Below are positions 13,481 to 26,151 of a stretch of 64,000 bases of DNA, piece after piece (within the stretch, counting starts at the first letter, position 1; each line of letters opens with the position of its first letter). The notes under the pieces were generated by a model. It was not told the origin of the DNA. It saw only the letters and a program-made list of their open reading frames with translations, and did no database searches. This DNA comes from the human T2T-CHM13v2.0 reference genome, Homo sapiens, in assembly GCF_009914755.1 (NCBI RefSeq), contig NC_060935.1. One strand, 5' to 3'. The position numbers and the translations under genes are program-made.

Positions 13481-14899
13481 TCTCTCTCTTTGTTAAACAC
13501 ATCTGCATGAAAGAACACAGTGATTTTGTTAGTCTCTTGAAGTTCTAAAAACAACAAAACAGCCCATTTTAGTTGGGTACTTTTTTTTTCTATTCTTGAA
13601 TGTGTTTGTTCTGAAATAGGAAAGGAGATTCTCTGGCAACAAAACTCCTTGCCTTTCTCTAAACCCTTACTCCATTCTTTCCAGGGTGACAGTCATTTGG
13701 TCAATTTGCAAGGAAAAAGTGTGCATGCTTACAGGAACCTTTCGCTTTCCTGTCTCCTGAACTGAATTTTCCACAGGTAGTGAATATTCTGTTCCGACTC
13801 TGCCTTCAATTTTACAGGAGCAGTTTCCACAGAGGCAAACTTGTAGAACATAACACAGCCCATTTATGGTAGAATAATTCAACCTGGGATTGAATTCTGG
13901 GGTTTAGTATTAGCATGGGGAATTGTCCACAAATGTATTGCACAAATTTCTGTATTAATATTCTGCCTTCCACCTGCCTGATATATCTGCCTATTTTCAT
14001 ATTTATGTTTTTCTATACACATACCTATCCAAAGAAAGAGCTAGATGAATAGATACATTTCACATGTACTATTGAGCAGGTGGATGCATGGCAATAGGAT
14101 GACCTTTATCTTAATAAATACTTTGTTCACCAGGGAGAATTTCTGTCAAGATGCTCACAGAGCTTAACAAAGTCCTTAGTTTAGAGCTGAGACCAAATTG
14201 CTTGTTCCCATTAAGAAAGACCTTTATGGCCTTTCCACATTTCCTTCCACAAAACTAAAAGCAGACTAAGCATGGGTGACAGCACTTGGTAAAACTGATT
14301 GTAGTGACATTTTAGATCTGTCAAGTCTTTCTGTAACTACTGCACCGTAGGTAGCCTAATGAGACATAGTGCATAGTAACATAGTGAGAAAAACCCTTTA
14401 GAACTCTTGTTATAGTCATTTGAAGGGGGTTATAACTCTGAAGGCCATCATTTCCTGCTGGGCAGTAGAATCTTTTGGTAGCTACTGAATTGCTGAAAAA
14501 TGTCTTGAAAGCAATTCCCTTTCAGTCATAACCATGCATAGATTTAAGTGTGCTGGGCTTCTGTTGGAGATGGATACAGGCTTGGCATCTACACAACTGG
14601 AAATCACATCTAGGGCAGTGCTATTTGAAAATTCAAAGATTTACTTATATAACTTACAACTCCTGTGTATGCAGACAGTAAAGCTGCATTGAATGGACTT
14701 AGGCTGTTTCTTAAATTATTTAGTCTTTTAATACTATAGCCTTATATTTTTCTGTCACAATAAGTTTGCAACTATTGAGAATGGTGTTGTTGCTTGGACA
14801 TTTCCTTTGGAGAGATGATTGTAAAAAGATTTATATTCAGAATAATTGAATATACAATTTTAGATTTGGAGAAGTCTAGGGAAATAACAATTATGCATG

Positions 14900-15060
14900 A
14901 CACTTCAATAAATATTTATTGAGAATCTACGTTATATAATACAGTATTCCTGGCACCATGGTAAGAACAATGATTTAGGTATGATTGAGGTACCAAAATA
15001 GCTCAAACTATGGAAACGAAAAGGCCTAATATAAGCAGTTATAACACAAGGCAGAATAAA
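14900..15060 (-). mobile_element. L2 3' fragment
   Basis: TTCAATAAATATTTATTGAGAATCTAC antisense L2 tail. Confidence 0.55.
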
Positions 15061-16254
15061 GTAAGGATAAGAATTTAGATTGCATTTTTATTTGTATATC
15101 CCTTATCAGTTATTTGCCCTTCCATTTATTTACAGCTCCTTACTTTTCAAAAAAATTATTCCAGGAACCTTATTATATATGAGTATGTACATGTGTGTAG
15201 ACTGAATGCTGCATTTGTCTATAGGATTCCTGTAAGAGTAAAATAAAAAGGCAGTGTGAGGGTATAAATAATTCATTTTATCAGACAGAAAGACATTTTT
15301 CTGATACTTATTTCTAGAAGGAAATATCCCTGTAATCATGTAAGATGCTATACCAGATATTGGTTACTGGAGTGAACCATTATTTTCCAAAACATGTTTG
15401 CAGCTATGTCAGAAGCAATTTTATTATAATGTTTATTTTTAGTATCTCCATAAAAGACCATTTATTTCATTAAACTTGTAAGAAGTCTTATGAACTAAAT
15501 TAAGGTGGACTCTATATGAATTTTTCTAATGAATTGTGGGTGTTAGAAAATTAGCATGATGATAAAATTAGGTGATAAAAGAATGATATTTACACATCCT
15601 TCATAGCAGGAACTAAACAGGTCATATCTGCCATTGGAAAATTAACATATTGATGTAAACTTTCTTTCAATGTTAAAGTGTTTTTCCTTTGGGAATAATA
15701 AATAGTACAAGATAGGGGTAAAAAACTGACTGTATTTTTTATTATAAGCTTTATGGTACTATTTGACTTTTAAAAATAAGGTACATGTAATACTTTAATC
15801 AAATATATTTATTTATAAATACACTGAATATTTGATTTTTCCTTTCTATATTGCTTTTAAGATTGTGTTTCAGATGTATTCATACAGTTAATCTGGTAAA
15901 ATAAGTCTCCGAATTAGGAGAAGTTGCTCTTGTGTCATTTAGGAAATTAAGAGGAAACATCTAAGAGAAAAGGGCCCATAACAGGTTACTCAAACTCATT
16001 AAGAGCTTTGCCTTCAGCTAGATTAATATAAATTGTTCTTGCATTTCAGGACTGGATCAGCCAAATTGATTATTAGGAAAGACTCTGTAAGAGTTCAGAA
16101 CTAGAACCCTAATAATCATTTATTCTCCATAATATTTATTTCCCTGAAAGGTCATTTGGGAAAACCTGTCTTACAAATTTATAGTAGTAGCTGTGGCAAG
16201 TGTAAATGGTTAGCACCTTCTCTCTTTATATCAGAAAAACAGGAATTTTTAAAT

Positions 16255-16398
16255 TTTATTTATTTGTCTATATGACTGCCTCCTCCTACATTAATATAAG
16301 CTCATGCTGAACAATAACTCTGACTTACTAATATCTTATCTAACACAGATTATGGCACAGGCACGTGAGATACCAGGATAAATACATGTCTAAATGAC
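16255..16398 (+). mobile_element. L2 3' end fragment
   Basis: TTTATTTGTCTATATGACTGCCTCC...TATAAGCTC...GGCACAGGCAC...ATAAATACATGTCTAAATGA. Confidence 0.45.
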
Positions 16399-17113
16399 AG
16401 AAATAGCCTCACAAAGTTTAAATATTCGTGCTTTATTTTGAATGTCACTACATTTGTGAAACAATTTTTTAGATTGTTTCACAAAATGATGTGATGTCTC
16501 ATCAAAATTAATTTCTTTCTTATTCATGTTGTTACAGTTTTCTTATTATTCCAAGAAAGTAGAGTTTAGTGGTCAGGTGTCTTATCTGTAATCAAATTAC
16601 ATAATTTCCAACTCCAAGTTCTATAGAATACTGCCTGTAAATCTGGCATTTTACCCAATTTTTGTTTATCTTATATGTTTTCAATTGTAATACAGAGAAA
16701 ATGCTAGATCTTACCAATACTTCATACCTTATAGAACGTAATAAAAATTTATATATAAAAGTGATTAGAACAGTAAATGAAATATAACAAACAACTTACA
16801 TATACCTTAAATAGAATGATTAGTATACCTATGTAGCATTACACATGTGTTTCAAATAACTGGGATGTGAGTTTCTTATAAACATTCACTCAATGTTATT
16901 TGAGTCTGTTTTCCTATCACATGGCAGCAGCAAATGCAAATGAAAATGAAAGATGTAGGGAAATGAGTCTTAAATTATGATACCTTTGAGTTTCCTCTTC
17001 CATCTATTCATTTTGATATTATACTTTTCTGAAACTTAAGTGCAAAAAATGTCTATAAAACATAGTATACGCTTTAATATAAGCTGCATATATCTTGTTT
17101 CATTTATATTATT

Positions 17114-17519
17114 TAATATGTTTTAGATATTTGTCCCAGCCAAATCTCATGTTGAAATAAGATCCCCAGTGTTGTGGGTGGGCCCTAATGGGAGGTGTTT
17201 GGGTGATTGAGGCAAATTTCTCATGGCTTGGTGCTGTCCTCTCGACAGTGAGTGAGTTCTCACAAGATCTGTTTGTTTAAAGGTATGTGGTACCTCCCTC
17301 CCCTCCCTCTTGCTCCTAGTCTTGCATGATATGTGCAAGCTCCCACTTCACCTTCCACCATGAGTAAAAGCTTCCTGAGGCCTCACCAGAAGTCAAGCAG
17401 ATGCCAGCACCATGTTTCCTGTTCAGCCTGCAGAGCCATGAGCCAATTCAACCTCTTTTATTTATAAATTACCCAGTCTCAGATATTTCTTTATGGCAAT
17501 GCAAGCATGGCCTAATACG
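17114..17519 (+). mobile_element. MSTA/MSTB (ERVL-MaLR) solo LTR
   Basis: CAAATCTCATGTTGAAAT...GGGAGGTGTTTGGGT...ATAAATTACCCAGTCTCAGATATTTCTTTAT...CTAATAC; flanks TTATT/TTATC (5-bp TSD, 4/5 match). Confidence 0.9.
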
Positions 17520-18051
17520 TTATCACTATTACCAACTAAAACAAATTATTTTGATATTTCCTAAGCTCTGCCAGTGAAATTCTAGTTGCCTAGGGTTTCT
17601 TCTACTTCATATTTCTACAGCATTTAATACAATTACCTACTTGGTCTATGATGTTTTCTTTGTTCTGAGTATTTCCATTCCCTTACTGTAGATAGGATGT
17701 GGTATTGAAAAGGGAAGTGGTGATGACATTTATGCTTCAAATCAAATCCAGCCTCCCTTTTTTTTTTTAAACCTTTTAAACTTCTTTTCCCAAGAAGACT
17801 TAGATGGCCTTTATCCTATGTTCTCACAGCCTTCTTCAAAATTCACAAAACATGTCAGGTGCTAATTAAGTATTTTTTAAATTACAGAAGTGGTATAGTT
17901 TGAAATGCATGTGTCCCTCCAAAATTCATATGCTGGAACTTAAACCCCAAGGTGATGGTATTGGAAGGTGGGTCCTTTGAGAGGGGATTAAATCATGAAG
18001 GTTCTGCTCTGGTGAGTAAGACTAATGCCTTTATAAAAAAAGCTGGTGGTA

Positions 18052-19010
18052 TGTGTTTCCATTTGTTTGTGTTGTCTATTTCTTTCAGCAGTGTTTTGTA
18101 GTTTTCCTTGTAGAGGTCTCTCACATCCTTGGTTAGGTATATCCCCAAGTATTTTATTTTATTTTGCATCTACTGTAAAGCAGGTTGATTTCTTGATTTG
18201 ATTCTCAGCTTGGTTGCTGTTGGTGTATAGCAGAGCTATGGATTTGTGTACATTAATTTTGTATACTGAAACTTTGATGAATTTGTTTACCAGTTCTAGG
18301 AGCTTTTTGGAGGAGTCTTTAGGGTTTTCTAGGTATACAGTCATATCATCAGCAAACAGTGACAGTTTGAGTTTTTAACAATTTGGACGGCCTTTATTTC
18401 TTTCTCTTGTCTGAATTAATTTTGTATCCTGAAACTTTGATGAATTTGTTTACCAGTTCTAGGAGCTTTTTGGAGGAATCTTTAGGGTTTTCTAGATATA
18501 CAGTCATATCATCAGCAAACAGTGACAGTGACTTCTTCTTTAACAATTTTGGATGTCCTTTATTTCTTTCTCTTGTCTGACTGCTCTGGCTAGGACTTCC
18601 AGTACTATATCGAATAGAAGAGGTTAAAGTGGGCATTCTTGTCTCATACCAGTTTTCAGGGGGAATACTTTCAGCTTTTCCCCATTCAGTATAATGTTGG
18701 CTATGGGGTTGTAACAGATAGTTTTTATTACCTTAAGGTGTGTTCCTTTTATGCCAATTTTGCAGAGGGTTTTAATAACAAAGGGATGCTGGATTTTGTC
18801 AAATGCTTTCTCTGCATCTATTGAGATGATCATGAGATTTTTGTTTTAAATTCTGTTTATGTGGTGTATCACATTTATTGACTTGGAGATGTTAAGTCAT
18901 CTCTCCATCACTGGTGTGAAACCCACTTGATCATGGTGGATTATCTTCTTGACATGCTATTGGATTTGGTTTGCTAGTGTTTTGTTGAAGGTTTTTGTAT
19001 CTATGTTCCT
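18052..19010 (-). mobile_element. Inverted 5' segment of an L1PB-like element (ORF2 RT region)
   Basis: Minus-strand ORF fragments 18624-18833 ([18 protein letters not shown]), 18394-18636 (LFADDM) and 18159-18344. Confidence 0.93.
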
Positions 19011-20265
19011 CATCCCATGCTCACGGATGAGTAGAATCAATATTGTGAAAATTACTATAATTCCAAAAACAATCTACAAATTAAATGCAATTCACATCAA
19101 AATACCACCATCATTCTTCACAGCATTAGATAAAACAATCCTGAAATTCATATGCAACAAAAAGAGCCCACATACCCAAAGCAAGACTAAGCAAAAAGTA
19201 CAAATCTGGAGGCATCACATTATCCAACTGAATTCACACTATACTATAAGGCCATAGTCACCAAAGCTGCATGGTATTGGTATAAAAATAAGCACATAGA
19301 CCAATGGAACAGAATAGAGAACCCTGAAATAAAGCCAAATACTTACAGCCAAATGATCTTCGACAAAGTAAACAGAAACTTAATGTGAGGAAAATAAACC
19401 CTATTCTATAAATGATAATCGGATAAGTGGCAAGCTACACATAGAAGAATAAAAATGAACCCTGTTCTCTCACCTTACAGAAAAATCAATTCAAGATGGA
19501 TCAAAGACTAAAAGCTAAGACCTGAAACTATAAACATTCTAGAAGATAACACCTGAAAAAACCTTTCCAGACATTGGCTTAGGCAAAGACTTCACAACCA
19601 AGGACGCAAAAGCAAATGCAACAAAAACAAAGATAAATAAATGGGACTTTAAACTAAAAAGCTTCTGCACAGCAAAATAAATAATCAGCAGAGTTAACAG
19701 ACAACCTATAGCATAGAAGAAAATCTTCACAATCCATATATCCAAAAAACACTAATATTCAGAATCTACAAAGAACTCAAATCAGCAAGAAAAAAACAAT
19801 CACATCAAAAAGGGGCTAAGGACATGAATAGACAATTCTCAAGAGAAGATATACAAATGGCCAAGAAACATAAGGAAAAATGCTCAGCATCACTAATTAT
19901 CATGGAAAAATGCAAATCAAACCCACAATGCAATACCAACTTACTCCTGCAAGAATGGCCATAATCAAAAAATAAAAAAAAATAGATGTTAGCATGGATG
20001 TGGTGAAAAGAGAACACTTTACATTGTTGGTGGGAATGTAAACTAGTGTAACCACTATGGAAATCAGTGTGGAAATTCCTTAAAGAACTAAAAGTAGATC
20101 TACCATTTGATCCAGCAATTCCTCTACTAGGCATCTTCCCAGAGGAAAATAAGTCATTACAAAACAGATACTTGCACATGCATGTTTATAGCAGCACAAT
20201 TTGCAATTGCAAAAGTATGGAACCAGCCCATGTGCCCATCAATAAATGAGTAGGTAAAGAAAATG

Positions 20266-20302
<37 letters not shown>

Positions 20303-20678
20303 ATGGAATGCTACTCAGCCAAAAAAAGGAGCAAAATAATGGCATTTGTGGCAACCTGGATGGAACTGGGAACTACTGTTCTAAGTGAAGTAACTCAAGA
20401 ATGAAAAACCAAACATTGTATGTTCTCATAAGTGGGAGCTAAGAAATGAGGACGTAAAGGCATAAGAATCATACAATGGGGACTTGGATGAAAGGGTGGA
20501 GGGGTGAGGAATAAAAGACTACAGATTGGGTACAGTGTATACCACTTGGGTGATGGATGCATCAAAATATCAGAAATCACCACTAAAGAACTTATTCATG
20601 TAATCAAATACCACCTGCTCCCCAAAAACCTATTGAATAAAAAATAAATTAAAACAAACAAAAAATCAAATAAATATT
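19011..20678 (+). mobile_element. Forward 3' segment of L1PB1-like element (ORF2 end, 3'UTR, A-rich tail)
   Basis: CATCCCATGCTCACGGATGAGTAGAATCAATATTGTG start; 3'UTR GTGGGAGCTAAG...GGCATAAGAAT...AAATCACCACTAAAGAACTTATTCATGTAA typical of L1PB. Confidence 0.93.
20267..20301 (+). repeat. (CA)n microsatellite inside L1PB
   Basis: Direct reading of an uninterrupted AC run. Confidence 0.95.
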
Positions 20679-21294
20679 AAAAAGCTGGCAGTAACTAGCT
20701 ATTCCCTTTTTGCCCTTCCTCCATGTGAGAATGCAGCAAGAAGGTGCTGTCAATGAGGAACGGGCCCTCACCAGGCACTGAATCTTCCCACATGTTGAGC
20801 TTGAACTTCTCAGCCTGCTGTATTTTATTATAGCAGTGGGAATAGACTAAGACAAAAATAAATAATGATAGAAGAATATGAATTTGTATGATTTAGGAAG
20901 TGATTCCTTGAATTAAGATTTCCATGAATAATGCTGCTTGCACTCACAAAAATTTACTAATTGTAAACATAACAAGAGATGGGTATTCTCTTACAGATCA
21001 CCTAAGCCAAAGGATCTACAGAGAAAGTCTGGAGGGGGAGAAGAGAAACGGCTTGTTTTGCTCAATGCCTAGGAGGATACTTTTGGTTCCTTAAAGATGG
21101 AAAGCAGATACTATAATTTATTCTTTACCTACAAGTAGATGGTACTTTTATTGTTGAGAATGTTTTCCGTTTTATAATAGATATGCCAAATACTTATTAT
21201 ACTTTGGGAAATAGTTTTGCTCTATTTTTTATCAGCATATATTGCACATGGATGACTTCCAAACCACACTTTGAAATAAAAAAAAGACATTTTC

Positions 21295-21450
21295 GGCAAG
21301 TCGCAGTGCTCACGTCTGTAATCCCAACACTTTGGGAGGCCGAGGTGGGCGGATCACTTGTCAGGAGTTGGAGACAAGCCTGGCCAACATGGTGAAACCA
21401 CACCCTAACTCTATTAAAACAAAACAAAGAAAAACAAAACAAAACAAAAT
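21295..21450 (+). mobile_element. Alu left monomer (AluS-type) with (CAAAA)n tail
   Basis: TGTAATCCCAACACTTTGGGAGGCCGAGGTGGGCGGATCAC...CCTGGCCAACATGGTGAAACC; no right arm. Confidence 0.85.
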
Positions 21451-22372
21451 TTAAATAAGAAAATTAACAAAACTGTGATAAAGTTACTGCAGGGGGAAGA
21501 ATATTATGGAGTTAAAGATAGTAGAATTCAAAATCTGCATTTAGGGATCTGGAAGTTAAAATTAAATTCTTTCTGATTATTTGTGTTGAAAATGAAGCCA
21601 ACATATTAAGTTCAAATAGTTCATGATTAAAAAGATTTTTTTTTTCTACACAAGCAGAGGCAATACTTTAGAATCTGGGAAAATGTGTTCTGTGAAATAA
21701 TATAAAAATTATGGATTATATCAAAAATATTACAACAGTTAATACTTTTCTTCTTCAGAACGGTGTTCTTAAATACAGAATGGAAATAATTTAAAAACAA
21801 CAAATCCGAAGAGTACAACAACATAGGTCAGAAGAAAAATATTCCTAGTATTTAGCCTGCGTTAATAAAATTGGTTTCCTCTAGAGAGGCAAAATGTGCC
21901 AAGGATTTCTCTTATGTAGATAAAAAATTTAAAAATGCAATGGAGTAAACTTTATATATCTTTAAGAGCACACTCCCAGAACCAATAGCCTTCCTTGTTA
22001 CTTTTTTATGTCATGCTGTCAATTCAAATGACAGTTAAAAAGTGAAATCTTCTTAACTGTATAAAATGAAATTAAGTAATTTCATTTTGATAGTTATGAG
22101 TTTGATATAGATTTCTGTAATGAGTCAAAAGATCTATTACCAACAAAATCAAAAACTTTTCCTTTGCCAAAATATATATTAAAAAACAGTTCATAAAATG
22201 TGCAAAACAGCCTGGTTTTGAGACATAAATTAACATGGCATTTGATCTTTTTTTTCATTATGTAATAGCTCGAATTCTCTAACTTGCATCATTTCTCATG
22301 TATTTTGATATGTAAATTAACAACTTCAAATCAAAATACACATAGAGGGATGTTGTATATTGCTCACTTAAT

Positions 22373-22748
22373 ATAATCAGAATAGAATTCCACCCAAAAT
22401 CTGGTTTCAGCGTCAAGACTGATGACACCACTCACACACCAAGAGGACATGAAGAAATCTGTTACTTACATAGTTAAGCCTTTTCTGGGGAAAGCAGGAG
22501 AGTCCTCCATAGCAGGTCTAAAAGTCTCGAGAGAGGAGACTGGCTGAAGGTTTTTACTGCATTTTGGTGAGGTTCCCTGCATATAGGCAGAAGTTTGCAT
22601 GGTTCGGAATCTCCCTGATGAAAAGGAACAGAACCACCAGGCTTTTCTATCAGGTTTTTAGATGTGGTGCACAAGGGGAAGGGGGAAGGATGAGGCTTAC
22701 AATCTGTCAGTTGTCAGCTTCCCAAAATGGAATCCACTCCTTGTTACA
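22373..22748 (-). mobile_element. ERVL solo LTR, LTR47-like
   Basis: Minus strand begins TGTAACAAGGAGTGGATTCCATTTTGGGAAGCTGACAACTGACAGATTGTAAGCCTCATCC, resembling recalled LTR47. Confidence 0.6.
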
Positions 22749-23491
22749 AAGGACATAGAATATCCTCCACCAAGTTTAGTAGCTCCCTAGAAATGTTTTT
22801 GAAACATCGGAACTTCTTCATAAAACTTTTGGAAGAGTTATAATTATAAGTGACCAATACCTGCATGAATTTCTTTCTCTTTTTCTCCCTCTCTTCTCTC
22901 CTCCCTCCTCCTTTCTCCTTCCTTTCATTCTATTCTTTCATTTATCTTTAATAGATAGTCTACTATTTATTCTATATTTTTACAAAGTATAATGTCTAAT
23001 AGTGGGAAAACAGTCTTTAAGTAAATATTTACACAGATAACTATTTATGATTGCTGTAAATGTTATAAATAACTTAATTGTTATGCGTGCTTACAGTATG
23101 AATCTGGGACGGTGTCCTTAAGTGACCTGCCAATCCAAACCTATAAATTAGTTATTTTAGTGTAGTAAGTAGCAAAATAACTATGACTGATTGAAGCAGA
23201 GTCCCAAAATTTCAATGACAATTTAGTAATTAGTTTTACCAACTTCACTAATTTGTTATAGATATTGCTATAACCTTAGTTTAAAGTTCATCTGATTACC
23301 TTTCCTTAATTAAGAAAATTATAAGAAATCCATTATTATTGTTAAAAAAAATTAAAAAGACCAAAAAATGGAAACAATGAAACAATGATAGAGGAAAACT
23401 TTTTTTTTTTCACATCATTATAGTTCCTATTTCTAGCATGATACATGTAGATTACAGCTGGTCAATATATGCTGGTATATGTATATATAAA

Positions 23492-23538
23492 TTTTGCCAT
23501 TAAAAGTAATGGCAAAAACCGCAATTACTTTTGCACCA
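23492..23538. mobile_element. MADE1 (Hsmar1-derived MITE) fragment, one arm truncated
   Basis: TTTTGCCATTAAAAGTAATGGCAAAAACCGCAATTACTTTTGCACCA matches the MADE1 centre plus one TIR. Confidence 0.9.
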
Positions 23539-23869
23539 CTGTAGTAAAAATAAGGGAATCAATGAATAAATGTCAGGGAAAGAGAAGAAAAATTAAATGT
23601 TGACATAGCTTTACTTATATAGCTGTAAATATAAGACCTGAATAAATGTAAACACAGGAATTTCTGACTGCATATTAAGAGAATTGCCTGAGAAATGCAT
23701 CATACTTTTCAAAACATCAGCTGCTGAATTATGTTGATTCTGTTAAGAAAGTTGTGAAAGTTGTTATCTTTATTTTCTCTTTCTGTTTTAAAACTATTTT
23801 CTTGCCTTTGCATAAACAATTGTGTTACAATATGTCAAATGCAGTTTTATGGTTATTTTGTTTCAATTA

Positions 23870-24400
23870 CTCAGAGATTTTGATGTCATTTTCATTTTTT
23901 TTCCATCACTTTTGAAAAATTTAGGGCTATTACCTCTTCCAATATTATGTCTGAATATTTTTTTTTTCTTCTAGGACTATGATTACCAATAAGTTAAAAT
24001 ATTTTCATTCAATTTTTTTCTTTTTCTTTCTGTGATACATTTAGATATTCTCTACTGACTGACATTCGAGTTCACAAATACAGCCTTTGGCTGTATCTAA
24101 TCTGCTATCAAAAACATTTATTAATTTCTTAACCAGTTATTTTTTAGTTCTAAAATATCCACTCATAAACATTAATAATATTTACTTAAAGTATTATACC
24201 ATTAACTCTAATATCTGGAAAATCTGTGAGTGTTCTAGTTTTTTGTTTTTCCTCTTGATTCTCTATCCTATGCTCCTGTTTCTCGGAATGCATAAACATT
24301 TCTTTAAACACCAGAAACTGCACATTAAGAATTATAAAATACTATAACATTTTCTTCCTCCAGAAAGGGTTAGTTTTTTTTGTTTAGGTAAATGGTGCTG
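23870..24400 (-). mobile_element. Ancient L1M/L1ME fragments (ORF1-region-like)
   Basis: TTTGAAAAATTTAGGGCTATTACCTCTTCCAATATT...GCTGTATCTAATCTGCTAT...TTTTTAGTTCTAAAAT resembles antisense old L1 ORF1. Confidence 0.5.
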
Positions 24401-24750
24401 GGACCGCTCGCCATGATCTAGTCATGGTCCAATGTGAGTTGAGGAAGGAGTCTAATTTTGCTAAATCTCTCTCTTCTTATTTGCCTTCCCTCTAGGGCCT
24501 AGAAGTTTCAACTAATGGCCAGATGTGTTCATTGGGATTCCTCTCCCTGGCAGCTTCTGAATTAGCAGCTTTGTTTCCTTAGTCTGGAGAGACATCTAAC
24601 AACTATACCATTACTCAGAGCCTTTGTGCTTAGAATTCATCCTCCTACCCAAAATACAAATGGATTTTGCAAAAATCCTGAGGCAATAAAAATAAAGCTA
24701 AGTGTCAGCCTCAGTTTATCTCTTCTCTTTAGGATCTTGCTCCTTGAAGA

Positions 24751-24811
24751 TCTAATAGGAGTCTAATAGGAGAGTCTAATAGGAGTCTAATAGGAGAGTC
24801 TAATAGGAGAG
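24751..24811 (+). repeat. Short tandem array of 5 units TCTAATAGGAG(AG), lengths 11/13/11/13/13
   Basis: Direct reading. Confidence 0.95.
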
Positions 24812-24880
24812 AACTTACCTATGCAGAAAAAAGTTGTAAGAAAATAGTAGGAAGAAAGAGAAACTTCCCCCACAACCACC

Positions 24881-24885
<5 letters not shown>

Positions 24886-24912
<27 letters not shown>
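24886..24912 (+). repeat. (CA)n microsatellite
   Basis: Direct reading. Confidence 0.95.
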
Positions 24913-24930
24913 GAGCGTGAATGAGAAAAT

Positions 24931-24935
24931 TAGAC

Positions 24936-24980
<45 letters not shown>
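24931..24980 (+). repeat. (TAGA)n tetranucleotide STR
   Basis: TAGACAGA followed by a run of TAGA units. Confidence 0.95.
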
Positions 24981-25290
24981 TAGTGATACTTAAATAGGTA
25001 ATGTTTTTGAAGCCATGTCTTCATTTATTCCTTTGTGATATAGTTCTCATCCACTGAGCTTTGTTGACATGTTTATATTTAACGTAAGTCTGAAATAAGT
25101 TTTGATGTCACATTTATTCCACTAATTTGTTGTATTTTATTTCTTTTCTACCTGATTAAAACAATAAACTTGGTTCAATAGGTCTGAATGAAAAAGTGTG
25201 AACTATTATTCTCTTACTCTTCTTTCAAATGTGAAAAAGAGTCTTTTTTTTCCTTTTCTGATTTCAAATAGGTGATTTCACATCACAATA

Positions 25291-26151
<861 letters not shown>

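Larger units (their letters stand above)
17891..20854 (+). mobile_element. MLT1A-like MaLR LTR split by an L1 insertion (5' part 17891-18051; 3' part 20679-20854)
   Basis: TGGTATAGTTTGAA...GTCCCTCCAAAATTCATATG...GCCTTTATAAAA, resuming with CCATGTGAGAATGCAGCAAGAAGG...GCCCTCACCAG...GACTAAGACA. Confidence 0.85.

Noticed and set aside
24751-24811. CRISPR-like repeat array
   Set aside because: Units are directly abutted with no unique spacers, in eukaryotic DNA with no cas genes.
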